Source: a virus
Lineage: Duplodnaviria; Caudoviricetes
IMG/VR virus record: IMGVR_UViG_3300030376_004141
Coordinates: 1-32,429 of that record
Reading direction: 5' to 3' (one strand)
Length of the DNA stretch: 32,429 nt
In this document: positions 1-8,392 of the stretch, piece after piece
Numbering within the stretch: position 1 is the first letter of the stretch
Layout of the letters: the number at the start of each line of letters is the position of its first letter
Program-made: the position numbers and the translations under genes
The notes under the pieces: model-generated
The model's input: only the letters and a program-made list of their open reading frames with translations
Databases searched by the model: none
Told to the model about the DNA's origin: nothing

Positions 1-167
1 GGTCAGATTTTCAAGGGTATAGATACTATCCTAATTCATTAGCTATCGGTTGGAATACTAATGATTACAGGTATTGGGATCACGACCAATTTATTAAGCC
101 TATATATAGAAAAAGAATAGTTGTTAATAAAAAGCCAAAGCCAAGACCAACAGAGAACAAAGAATGA
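1..167 (+). CDS. Partial hypothetical protein, 5' end outside window (...SDFQGYRYYPNSLAIGWNTNDYRYWDHDQFIKPIYRKRIVVNKKPKPRPTENKE*)
   Basis: Frame open from position 3 to TGA 165-167, which overlaps the ATG of the next gene (ATGA). Confidence 0.6.
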   Translation, partial: SDFQGYRYYPNSLAIGWNTNDYRYWDHDQFIKPIYRKRIVVNKKPKPRPTENKE

Positions 168-448
168 CTAAACCAATAGGACAAGATTCAAGTCTTAACA
201 TTAGTTTGCCTATGCTTTTTCAGGCAGTAGCAGTTATAGGGGCAATGGTTTGGGGTTATGGTGAATTAAATGGTCGCATATCGTTTCTTGAATACCAAGT
301 AAAAATAAACGAAGAACACATTACAGCTATTGAAGAAGATGCTAAAGCTAGTCAAAATGCTGAGATACCAGCAGACATAAGGCAGAACGAAAAGATTGAA
401 GTTCTTGAAAAAGAAGTAGAAAGATTGCGTAGTGGCCAAGATAAATGA
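164..448 (+). CDS. Membrane-anchored coiled-coil protein (holin/spanin-like)
   Basis: One N-terminal hydrophobic helix (LPMLFQAVAVIGAMVWGY) followed by a charged coiled coil; lies in the lysis region. Confidence 0.55.
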   Translation: MTKPIGQDSSLNISLPMLFQAVAVIGAMVWGYGELNGRISFLEYQVKINEEHITAIEEDAKASQNAEIPADIRQNEKIEVLEKEVERLRSGQDK

Positions 449-695
449 TGACCTTGCTATCACGATTAATATTAAATGGCTCGTGCAGATTGTGGTGCTG
501 GTTGCAATTATTGTTGGTAGCTATTACCAGGCACAAAAGCGCATGGCAGACAACCAGAGACATATACAGATAATAGAACAAGATTTAAGCGACCTAAAAA
601 ATCGCATTAGTACAATAGAAGCAAAGCGTACACAAAGATTAGAGGATGAAAATAAATCTCTAATAGAAAAAGTAAACATTTTCAAAAAACGATAA
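432..695 (+). CDS. Membrane-anchored coiled-coil protein, resembles 164..448
   Basis: GTG start; TM helix WLVQIVVLVAIIVGSYY plus coiled coil; N-terminal pattern similar to the preceding ORF. Confidence 0.55.
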   Translation: MAKINDDLAITINIKWLVQIVVLVAIIVGSYYQAQKRMADNQRHIQIIEQDLSDLKNRISTIEAKRTQRLEDENKSLIEKVNIFKKR

Positions 696-710
696 AAACA
701 GGAGTCTAAA

Positions 711-929
711 ATGGCTAAAAAAGAAGAACAAAAAGAACCAACTCTTGTACTCGATGAAAAAGAGTATAAGATCAATAGTATGAAAGATGAGGAGAAATTA
801 GTAGTCGCTCATATTAACGACCTTAATCGCAAGATTGACAACGCAAAGTTCAATCTACAGCAGATGGAAATGGGTAGGCAAAGCTTTGTTTCTAACTTAA
901 AAAATAGCTTAGAAGCAGAAGAAGCATAA
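711..929 (+). CDS. Hypothetical small coiled-coil phage protein
   Basis: AGGAG RBS, clean ORF, followed by a terminator hairpin. Confidence 0.7.
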   Translation: MAKKEEQKEPTLVLDEKEYKINSMKDEEKLVVAHINDLNRKIDNAKFNLQQMEMGRQSFVSNLKNSLEAEEA

Positions 930-939
930 TAACCTAAAG

Positions 940-968
940 AGGGGGAGCTTAGTCTCCCCCTTGTTTTT
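940..968 (+). terminator. Rho-independent terminator
   Basis: AGGGGGAG-cttagt-CTCCCCCT stem followed by TGTTTTT. Confidence 0.8.
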
Positions 969-982
969 AGAGGAGAATAGTA

Positions 983-1240
983 GTGGAGAATTGGACAGAA
1001 GTTGGATTTGCTGGTTTAGCAGCAGGAATACTATGGATGACATTTAAGTGGATGACATCTGAGTTGAATAAAAAGATTGATGACCTACATCAAATCATAA
1101 TAAAGCTAATTGACTCTAAGAATGTAATGATTGAGAAGTTTGCAGAGCTTAATGATGAACTGACCGACCAATTGAATTATATTGAAGCAAAGATTGGCAA
1201 CGGTCGCGGTTCTAAACAAAGCAGAAGGTCATCCAAGTGA
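983..1240 (+). CDS. Putative holin (BhlA-like, single TM)
   Basis: GAGGAG RBS, GTG start; TM helix GFAGLAAGILWMTFKW, coiled coil, basic C-terminus; upstream of the endolysin. Confidence 0.55.
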   Translation: MENWTEVGFAGLAAGILWMTFKWMTSELNKKIDDLHQIIIKLIDSKNVMIEKFAELNDELTDQLNYIEAKIGNGRGSKQSRRSSK

Positions 1241-1461
1241 AAGTAGAAGCGTATCGTGGTGAGATACTAGAACGTCTAACAAGACTCGAAGAAAAGAGTC
1301 AGGCTCATTTCGAGGTTACAAAAGAAATTAGAGTAGATGTTAAGGCTCAGAATGGCAGAGTAAGAGCTTTAGAGAACAAACAAGCATGGTTTACAGGAAT
1401 ACTAGCTACAGTAACTTTTGTTTTTAGTAGTCTTTTTGCATGGATAAAAGGAGTTAATTAA
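1237..1461 (+). CDS. Putative holin (XhlA-like, coiled coil plus C-terminal TM)
   Basis: ERLTRLEEK...NGRVRALE followed by hydrophobic WFTGILATVTFVFSSLFAW. Confidence 0.55.
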   Translation: MKVEAYRGEILERLTRLEEKSQAHFEVTKEIRVDVKAQNGRVRALENKQAWFTGILATVTFVFSSLFAWIKGVN

Positions 1462-1463
1462 TT

Positions 1464-1607
1464 ATGGAATTCTTTACAACACATTGGGAATGGTTTTTGC
1501 TAGGATTTATGATTTGTGAAAAACTAGTAAAAATAAGCCCTACAGACAAAGATGATATAGTGCTAGACATAGTATGGAATAGTATCAAGAAAGTAGCAGG
1601 AAAATAA
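1464..1607 (+). CDS. 47-aa small membrane protein (MEFFTTHWEWFLLGFMICEKLVKISPTDKDDIVLDIVWNSIKKVAGK), holin-like
   Basis: Hand-translated, below the ORF track cut-off; AGGAG RBS; SPTxKDD motif that I recall from small phage lysis-region proteins. Confidence 0.65.
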   Translation: MEFFTTHWEWFLLGFMICEKLVKISPTDKDDIVLDIVWNSIKKVAGK

Positions 1608-1608
1608 T

Positions 1609-1764
1609 ATGCTTAAACGATTAGTAGGTAGACTTGTAAGAAAACATGGCATGAAAAAGCTTATGATTATGATTGGTGACTTTGCAGTCAAACAAAGCAG
1701 AGGCAAAGACGATGATAAAATATGGAACGATGAAGTAAAGCCATTTATTGAAAACAACTTTTAG
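1609..1764 (+). CDS. 51-aa hypothetical protein (MLKRLVGRLVRKHG...KDDDKIWNDEVKPFIENNF)
   Basis: Hand-translated; exactly fills the gap and its TAG abuts the endolysin ATG. Confidence 0.6.
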   Translation: MLKRLVGRLVRKHGMKKLMIMIGDFAVKQSRGKDDDKIWNDEVKPFIENNF

Positions 1765-2250
1765 ATGGTCAGCATAAAGCAAATGCGCTCGCTTATACAG
1801 CGCACTTGTAGCGCAATGGGCGATAAGTATGCTTCTGAAAGCGCTGTAGATATGGTATTAGCTACAGGCATAATAGAATCGCGCTATGAGTATATCACGC
1901 AGATGAATGATGGCCCAGCAAAATCCTTCTTCCAGGTAGAGCCAGCAACAGCCGTTGACAACTGTATGCATTATTTAAAACATAGGCCAGAGCTAATGCA
2001 AAAATGCGCAGAGGCTAGTTTGGTTGATTTAAGGTATTGGCAGATGTACGATAATAAGATCTGGGCTGAAATCTTAGAAAAGAATATTGCAGCAGGCATA
2101 GTACATTGCCGTATCAAATACTGGAGAATACCCAAACGTATGCCAAGCGGTGTCGAAGGGATGTCGCACTACTGGAAAGATTATTACAACGCTGGCGGAA
2201 AAGGCAATGCTGATGAGTTTGTTGAACAGGTTACTAAGTGGCTACGTTAA
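1765..2250 (+). CDS. Putative endolysin (lysozyme-like/transglycosylase fold)
   Basis: Catalytic-like TGIIES, GPAKSFFQVEPAT and YWKDYYN motifs typical of phage lysozyme-like proteins; downstream of holin-like genes. Confidence 0.65.
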   Translation: MVSIKQMRSLIQRTCSAMGDKYASESAVDMVLATGIIESRYEYITQMNDGPAKSFFQVEPATAVDNCMHYLKHRPELMQKCAEASLVDLRYWQMYDNKIWAEILEKNIAAGIVHCRIKYWRIPKRMPSGVEGMSHYWKDYYNAGGKGNADEFVEQVTKWLR

Positions 2251-2272
2251 GTAGTCGAAAAGGGTTTAAGTA

Positions 2273-2503
2273 ATGGATTTAGCGGAAAGAATGCAAATAC
2301 TGATGGATGAGGTTCGCGCTATAAAATTAATTAGCGGAGCTATGCAAAGAGATTTTGAGACAGACATATCTATAAACTCTTTAAAAAAACTTGCAAACTT
2401 ATTGTCAATGATCGATGGTTTAGATGTGCCTGAGATAATCTGTTCGTTTGAATCTGTAGAGGAACAAGAACTTATAAACAGTAAACAAAGTGGACTTGCA
2501 TAA
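2273..2503 (+). CDS. Hypothetical protein
   Basis: ORF coupled to the next gene through a TAATG overlap. Confidence 0.6.
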   Translation: MDLAERMQILMDEVRAIKLISGAMQRDFETDISINSLKKLANLLSMIDGLDVPEIICSFESVEEQELINSKQSGLA

Positions 2504-3480
2504 TGGGTACAAGACTTGAAGCTTTTTGCAATATCAATACCGACCTTCAAGGTGTTGAGCCAAATATAGATAACTACGATCGAAAGAGACTAATACAAAA
2601 CTTTCAAAGCTATTCAACGAATGTATACGCTGCCTATAACTCTGGTTATGTAAGTATGAGTTATATTGACGGCAAAGAAATGAATATGCAGACATCACTC
2701 GGAGCTGTAGACTCTTCAGATGATGCGTTCTATGATTCTGCACAAGATGCTTTGTATGTATACAGCTCAGTAGACCCAGACAACCTAACCTATGAAGCAG
2801 GAGAGGACTGGGCCACAGTAAAACAGCGTGTGGTAAACGAACAGGCAGACCGTATACGCTCTTTTATCAATAGACCAATATTTAAACGTACCAAGTCAGA
2901 AGATCAGGGCGCTTCAAGCAGAGATTACGATTTTGTGCTTATTAGCGCTAATGCTGGATTAGCTTGCTCTGAGTTGATGCGACCCGTAGATCCTGAAAGA
3001 GCTTTAGAGATCGAACAGCGGTACATCTCACCTGATGGTGACGGTATGCTAGATCTTTTAAAACGAGGCGAATATGCATTATGGCATGAGTCTAGCTATG
3101 AAAAGAATGAAGGAAGAATTGTACCTGTAGCTGTTGATGCGAATACTACTGGTGGTATTTTAGACACAAAGTCAATCGCATTACCAGCAGTAGACTATGA
3201 CGATGTTCGTGTAAAGATCACAGCAGGCGGTACGTTTACAGCAGGAACAGAAAACACCAGCGTAAAGTATAGTGTCTTTGTCAAGAACGACAAAGGGCTA
3301 GCGATGGATGAAGTGATACAGTCAGAAGAGATCAATGGCGATTATCAAGGCTTGGCGTACGGAATGTATATACGCTTTGGTGAAGGGGTCTATACGACCA
3401 ACGATGCATGGAGTATTATAGTCATGGGCTTACCAGAAGAGCATGGCGAAGTAAAATCAGAACAAATTTCTAGGAGATAA
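2503..3480 (+). CDS. Putative head-tail adaptor/neck protein with accessory beta domains
   Basis: Central helical segment (ADRIRSFI...LACSELMR...GMLDLLKRGEY) reminiscent of Mu gp36/SPP1 gp15-type adaptors; lies before the tail genes. Confidence 0.5.
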   Translation: MGTRLEAFCNINTDLQGVEPNIDNYDRKRLIQNFQSYSTNVYAAYNSGYVSMSYIDGKEMNMQTSLGAVDSSDDAFYDSAQDALYVYSSVDPDNLTYEAGEDWATVKQRVVNEQADRIRSFINRPIFKRTKSEDQGASSRDYDFVLISANAGLACSELMRPVDPERALEIEQRYISPDGDGMLDLLKRGEYALWHESSYEKNEGRIVPVAVDANTTGGILDTKSIALPAVDYDDVRVKITAGGTFTAGTENTSVKYSVFVKNDKGLAMDEVIQSEEINGDYQGLAYGMYIRFGEGVYTTNDAWSIIVMGLPEEHGEVKSEQISRR

Positions 3481-3483
3481 GAT

Positions 3484-3564
3484 ATGCCAAAAGGTAAAGG
3501 TTACGGTTACGCTACAAAAAAGAAGAAGAAAAAGAAGAAAGTGCGCATTAAAAGGCGTAAGTAG
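3484..3564 (+). CDS. 26-aa highly basic peptide MPKGKGYGYATKKKKKKKKVRIKRRK
   Basis: AGGAG at 3472-3476, ATG 3484, TAG 3562-3564; fills the intergenic gap. Confidence 0.6.
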   Translation: MPKGKGYGYATKKKKKKKKVRIKRRK

Positions 3565-3570
3565 AGTTTT

Positions 3571-4014
3571 GTGGCTACCCAATACACCGCAGTTATTAAA
3601 GACAATGTTATTGACCCACTTGAATCACTAATTAAGGGTGAGTTCGATAAGCTACCTGTATTCTATGACATTGATTTCAAAAATCGTGGGAATTTCTTTC
3701 TGCGGTTTATCCCTGTACAAGACGAACTAGACCAACCTACCACAGAAGACCAGATTAGATTATACGGTGTACTCTTGCGATTGTATAGACGTACTCCTGG
3801 AATCTACTCACGCAGAAACAATCTAGAGCAATTAATGAATTACTCAGATAGAATAAAGCGACTGGTTGGCAACAATTCAAACTACAGCCCCTCATCTAGT
3901 TATAAATGGAATGATGCTGTCATCACTTTTGTTAATTATGAGCCAGAGCTTGAAGATGCAGAGAACGCATATCAGGTAGTAGAGCTTTTATTTAACTGCA
4001 ATGTATTGATATGA
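3571..4014 (+). CDS. Putative tail completion/terminator-like protein
   Basis: Size, alpha/beta pattern and position upstream of the major tail protein. Confidence 0.5.
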   Translation: MATQYTAVIKDNVIDPLESLIKGEFDKLPVFYDIDFKNRGNFFLRFIPVQDELDQPTTEDQIRLYGVLLRLYRRTPGIYSRRNNLEQLMNYSDRIKRLVGNNSNYSPSSSYKWNDAVITFVNYEPELEDAENAYQVVELLFNCNVLI

Positions 4015-4598
4015 TTAGCTACAATAAAACATTTAATCAAAACGTATTAGATAACTTGAGACTATTGATTGCTCAAGAATTTCGGAATATTCCTATACGC
4101 TATGATAGTGTGTACAGAGGTAACTCGTTCTTTCATTTAACGCCTAGAAGAGATGAAATCATTGAATTACGCTCAGATGGCGCGATTCGTGAATACTCGA
4201 TACTTATCACCTATAATGAAAAAGAACGCGGTAGATACGTCAAAAATCGCAGTTTAGACAGCCGTATAAGTATTGTAGAGAGATTAAAAGAAATTATTAG
4301 GTCAAATGTAGCAAGTATTGATGATTTTCTATACTTTGTTGATTCTGGTGGTAATAATTTTTTAACTAGCGATTCTGAAGAGTTGCGTATTTTAAAAAGA
4401 CCTATTCTCATTACAAGCACCGATCAGTTTTTTATTACTTCAGATGACAAAGCGTTTACAGTATTCCCTGCTGACTTTAGCTATGAGTGGCATAACGCCA
4501 GATTGCAATCTGTAAACTATGATTTAGAAAGAGAGAATGCTAATTACTTATCAGCTAGTATGGAATTTCTATGTGTAGTTGAAGAAGTATATGCGTAA
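4011..4598 (+). CDS. Paralog of 3571..4014 with an internal ~50-aa insertion
   Basis: Shared NV.D.L..LI..EF, P..YD, RGN.F, DE...IR.Y, SY.W..A....VNY motifs. Confidence 0.55.
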   Translation: MISYNKTFNQNVLDNLRLLIAQEFRNIPIRYDSVYRGNSFFHLTPRRDEIIELRSDGAIREYSILITYNEKERGRYVKNRSLDSRISIVERLKEIIRSNVASIDDFLYFVDSGGNNFLTSDSEELRILKRPILITSTDQFFITSDDKAFTVFPADFSYEWHNARLQSVNYDLERENANYLSASMEFLCVVEEVYA

Positions 4599-4613
4599 AC
4601 CATTAAGGTATAA

Positions 4614-4787
4614 ATGATGGCAAAATATAAAGCAATAAAATATATTAACGAGTCTGATAGCTATAAAGGTTTGACCATAGAAGACTGGGAAGCTTTTAAC
4701 CGAGGAGAAACGGTTGAACTTGACAAAGTGCCAGAAGCAGCTAAAGGCTATATAGAAAAAGAAAAAAATAAAAAGGAGTCTAAGTAA
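4614..4787 (+). CDS. 57-aa hypothetical virion-module protein (MMAKYKAIKYINESDSYKGLTIEDWEAFNRGETVELDKVPEAAKGYIEKEKNKKESK)
   Basis: Hand-translated; AAGG upstream; TAATG overlap with the major tail gene. Confidence 0.65.
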   Translation: MMAKYKAIKYINESDSYKGLTIEDWEAFNRGETVELDKVPEAAKGYIEKEKNKKESK

Positions 4788-5842
4788 TGGCTTTAGACGG
4801 AACAGCCTACTCACCAAAACAATTTAAACTAGCGATTGGCTCAACAGGAGAAGCAATAACTGGTACTGCAAAGACTGATGCTTTAATAGCGGTAAATATT
4901 GATAGTCTTGAAATGCCTAACTTCAATTTAACACAATTTATGGAAGTGCGTAGCGGTACAGTAGGAAGAGTAGCAGACGTTGACGATGTTTTTGTTAGCG
5001 AGCTTGGAACTACAAAAGAAATTACTTTCTCTGGAGTCTTTGACACAGCCGTTGCACCAGTTTTACTTCAAAACTGCGTTGCTGCTGCTGAAAGTAGTAA
5101 TGTAACATCTATTCCTTATAATTATACACCTCCAGCTTTAGCCACAGGTACTGGATCTCAAGAGATTCAACACACAACAACAATTCACATTACAGCCCCT
5201 GGCACCGTTGATGCTTCTGATGGCGCTGATGTACACTCAATGACATTTCCAGGATGTACGATCACCTCTTTATCTATAACAGGAGATATGGGAAATGAAT
5301 CAGGTCGCTTACGTTTTACAGCTACAGCGAGAACAGGTTATATTGCAACATTTTCAACAGCAGCAATTACCCCAGCAAACGCTTATGGTACAAGTTATTA
5401 CTCATTAGCAACTTTAGCTGGCTCTGGTTTAAAGACTATTGCTGGAGCAACAGATTGCGTAGTTCAAAGTTTTTCATTAAACATTGAAAACCCTTCTGAA
5501 TATGTAGGTCAAAATGATGCTAATGGAAACCCTGAATCCATTGTTCGTGCAGTTCCAGAAATATCTGCCACATTAGATGCTACTGTAAAATATGATAATA
5601 ATAACGTAGCAGACGCTCAGACAACTGCTGAATATCAAACAGCTATGAAATCTGGCACTACCGTAGCAACTAAATTTCATAATCACGCCTCTGCACTTGC
5701 AAATGCAACTGGATTTGGTTTTGAAGCATTGTTTGGTAAAATAACGAATGTAGCATTTAATGAAGCAAACGCAATGATGATGGATGTGTCTGTTAAGTTT
5801 TTCGGTTCCAGTTCTGGAAACGTATTACAAGTTAAAACCTGA
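4787..5842 (+). CDS. Major tail (tube) protein
   Basis: A/T/G-rich beta protein with tail-tube-like FPGCTITSLSITG and VQSFSLNIEN segments; strong AAGGAG RBS; precedes the chaperone and TMP. Confidence 0.75.
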   Translation: MALDGTAYSPKQFKLAIGSTGEAITGTAKTDALIAVNIDSLEMPNFNLTQFMEVRSGTVGRVADVDDVFVSELGTTKEITFSGVFDTAVAPVLLQNCVAAAESSNVTSIPYNYTPPALATGTGSQEIQHTTTIHITAPGTVDASDGADVHSMTFPGCTITSLSITGDMGNESGRLRFTATARTGYIATFSTAAITPANAYGTSYYSLATLAGSGLKTIAGATDCVVQSFSLNIENPSEYVGQNDANGNPESIVRAVPEISATLDATVKYDNNNVADAQTTAEYQTAMKSGTTVATKFHNHASALANATGFGFEALFGKITNVAFNEANAMMMDVSVKFFGSSSGNVLQVKT

Positions 5843-5848
5843 TAAAAT

Positions 5849-6118
5849 ATGATAAAAACAAAGCATGGTGAATTTGAGATTCGCCCTATCACTTTTGGTG
5901 AGCGTAGAGAACTTCATCGTTTGGAGATGAAGGTGTTTTGGGATGAAAACACAATCGAAAAAGACGCTTACTTTGATCTGTTAAACTGGTGTATGGAGAA
6001 AGCTTTTTCCAATCCAGAAGAAACCCTAGAGAAATTTGATGATGCACAGATAGACGAAGTATTGAATGATGTCTATATGCATTATAAGGGTTTAAATCAA
6101 AAAAAAACTGTCAAGTAA
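5849..6118 (+). CDS. Tail assembly chaperone (lambda gpG-like)
   Basis: Between major tail and tape measure genes; ends just after an A9 slippery run. Confidence 0.75.
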   Translation: MIKTKHGEFEIRPITFGERRELHRLEMKVFWDENTIEKDAYFDLLNWCMEKAFSNPEETLEKFDDAQIDEVLNDVYMHYKGLNQKKTVK

Positions 6119-6522
6119 GAATCTCAACCTGGGCTAATTACTTTGGGTGGGGCAATAGCCTTTATCCTTCCAAAGTCACTACCTACGAAGCTCAAAGCCC
6201 TACTCTGGGCAAGATAATCACATTTACAGAAGATGAGATATGGGATGAGTGCGCTCGTATCATAGAAGAGGATAAGCACAATAAGTTCTCTATTGGTCAG
6301 AATCTTTACTACAACCTCAATTTCTTCTGCAACCCTAAGTTCTTTCTAGACAATGAGATAGAAGGATACATTGACGATTACTTTGTTTCTAATAAGTTTA
6401 ACCTACCGCTATCAGACACCCTATACAATGCCGATGCAAAAACAATTGACATCTTTCGTGTTATTAGTGAAGAGCTTACCGCTTGTGAAAAAAGATCAAG
6501 GGAAATGAATAATGGCAAATAA
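6106..6522 (+). CDS. -1 frame extension of the tail chaperone (gpGT-like; fusion about 224 aa)
   Basis: The -1 frame is open 6088-6522 with no ATG until its last codons; A AAA AAA heptamer at 6100-6106 is in the correct phase. Confidence 0.75.
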   Translation, partial: NCQVRISTWANYFGWGNSLYPSKVTTYEAQSPTLGKIITFTEDEIWDECARIIEEDKHNKFSIGQNLYYNLNFFCNPKFFLDNEIEGYIDDYFVSNKFNLPLSDTLYNADAKTIDIFRVISEELTACEKRSREMNNGK

Positions 6523-8392
6523 ATTTGTAATAGAAGTCAGAGCTAAAGGTTTTACGAACCTAGAACAGCAACTAAAAAAAGCTGATAAAGCCACTAGAGG
6601 CTATGAGAGATCTAATCAAAAATTAAGAGGAACTACTTCTGGCTTAAGAAGACAAATAGGTGCATTAAGGAATAATATACTTCTTTATACATTTGCAGTA
6701 GGAGCTGCTGGCAAGATTACTGGAAAATTCATAAGAGATGCATCAAAATTTGAGTCTGTAAAAACAAGGCTTGTAGGTTTAACAGGTTCAGTTCAAAAAG
6801 CAGAGCAAGCTTTTAGTAAGTTTAACGATGTAGCTGCAACCACACCATTCACCTTAGATGACGTAGTTAACGCTGGAGCGCAGTTAGAAGCTTTTGGCGC
6901 AAATTCACAAATGCTGTTAAAAGAAATCACCGACCTTGCAGCATTCATGGGTACTACAGCTACCGAAGCTGCAAACTCTTTTGGCCGCGCTTTTGCTGGG
7001 GGCTCTGGGGCGGCGGACATTCTTAGGGAGCGCGGCATACTTAATATTATTAAAGACTCTCAAGGTCTTGCAGACCTGTCAAAGACCACATTACCAGAGT
7101 TCAGGGAAGCATTAATTAAATCATTACAAGATCCTGCTGTTGGTATTGCAGGAAGTACCGATAGGCTATCTGAAACCTTTGAAGGCGCATTTAGCAATAT
7201 GAAGGATGCAGTTACACTCCTTTCTGTTGAAATTGGCGAGACTTTAATGCCCTCTATTAAAAACGTAACGGTAGGAATAGGAAACTTAGCTAAAGCTGCA
7301 ACAAGATTTTTAAAAGAAATCAAAGGCGAATTTGATTCACCTGAGTTCAAGCAAAGCATTGAGGGTTTACTTGAAGGGCCAATGGCAAAGTTCCAAGAAA
7401 GCATTAAAGATTTTGACGTAAAGCAACTTTCAGGTAAGCTAGAAGAATTGCAAAAACAATTAAAAGCGACTGCACCCACGGCTTTGAAAGTAACAAAAGA
7501 GGTAAAGGCATTAAGCGACACAACAAAAATACTTAATATTACAGGTATAGTGCCACTTTCAAGCAAAACTAATGCATTTACAGATGGAATACTTACTATG
7601 GGAGAAGCAACAACTGATACACAAAAACAATTACAGGCTACAGTTCAAACGTTAACTGGGGTTAAATTAGGAGTAGATGAATATGCTGATGCACAGAAGG
7701 TTTTTAATGAAGAAAATCACCTTAGTATGGAAATTAACGAGCAAAGTAGGGAGTTTATTTTAGCGCAAATTGAGATTTTAAAAACTCTTATAGGTTTAAA
7801 AGAAGAAGAAGCAAATATAACAGGTAAAGTTGCTAAAGCAGATGATGATGCCGCAAAATCTTTAGCAGATCGCGCTGAGAGAATAAAAGCATTTTCAGAG
7901 CCATTTAAAAGCTTTTCCAACACATTAGCTCAAGCTATTTTGCATACTGATGATTTAGGCGATGCTTTCACAAAAACTTTTGAAATACTTAAAGCGCAAG
8001 TTGCTGCAAATGCAATAGAAATCCTTATACTATCTATGCTTGGAGTACCTGTTGCTGGGCAAGGCGTTACCCCTGGTGGGTTATTTGGTAGGCTGCTTGG
8101 AGTAAAAGCTCATAAGGGCGGTAGAATTACAAACAATGGTGTTCAGTCTTTTAATACAGGTGGCATGGTACAAGGAAAAGATAATGTTCCTATATTAGCA
8201 CAAGCTGGAGAATTTGTTATTAAAAGAGATTCGGCTGAATCTATAGGTTTAAATACCTTAAATCAGATAAATGAAACTGGACAAGCTGGAAACCTAAATC
8301 TACATTTTTCTGGGCCAATTACAAACGCAGATTATGTTAGAGATGTCATAGTTCCAGAAATACAAAAAGCAACTGGAAGCAACTTAGCGTGA
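6512..8392 (+). CDS. Tail tape measure protein
   Basis: N-terminal tape-measure domain (AATTPFTLDDVVNAGAQLEAFG), Ala-rich helices, lambda-type C-terminal GG...GEFVI motif. Confidence 0.9.
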   Translation: MANKFVIEVRAKGFTNLEQQLKKADKATRGYERSNQKLRGTTSGLRRQIGALRNNILLYTFAVGAAGKITGKFIRDASKFESVKTRLVGLTGSVQKAEQAFSKFNDVAATTPFTLDDVVNAGAQLEAFGANSQMLLKEITDLAAFMGTTATEAANSFGRAFAGGSGAADILRERGILNIIKDSQGLADLSKTTLPEFREALIKSLQDPAVGIAGSTDRLSETFEGAFSNMKDAVTLLSVEIGETLMPSIKNVTVGIGNLAKAATRFLKEIKGEFDSPEFKQSIEGLLEGPMAKFQESIKDFDVKQLSGKLEELQKQLKATAPTALKVTKEVKALSDTTKILNITGIVPLSSKTNAFTDGILTMGEATTDTQKQLQATVQTLTGVKLGVDEYADAQKVFNEENHLSMEINEQSREFILAQIEILKTLIGLKEEEANITGKVAKADDDAAKSLADRAERIKAFSEPFKSFSNTLAQAILHTDDLGDAFTKTFEILKAQVAANAIEILILSMLGVPVAGQGVTPGGLFGRLLGVKAHKGGRITNNGVQSFNTGGMVQGKDNVPILAQAGEFVIKRDSAESIGLNTLNQINETGQAGNLNLHFSGPITNADYVRDVIVPEIQKATGSNLA

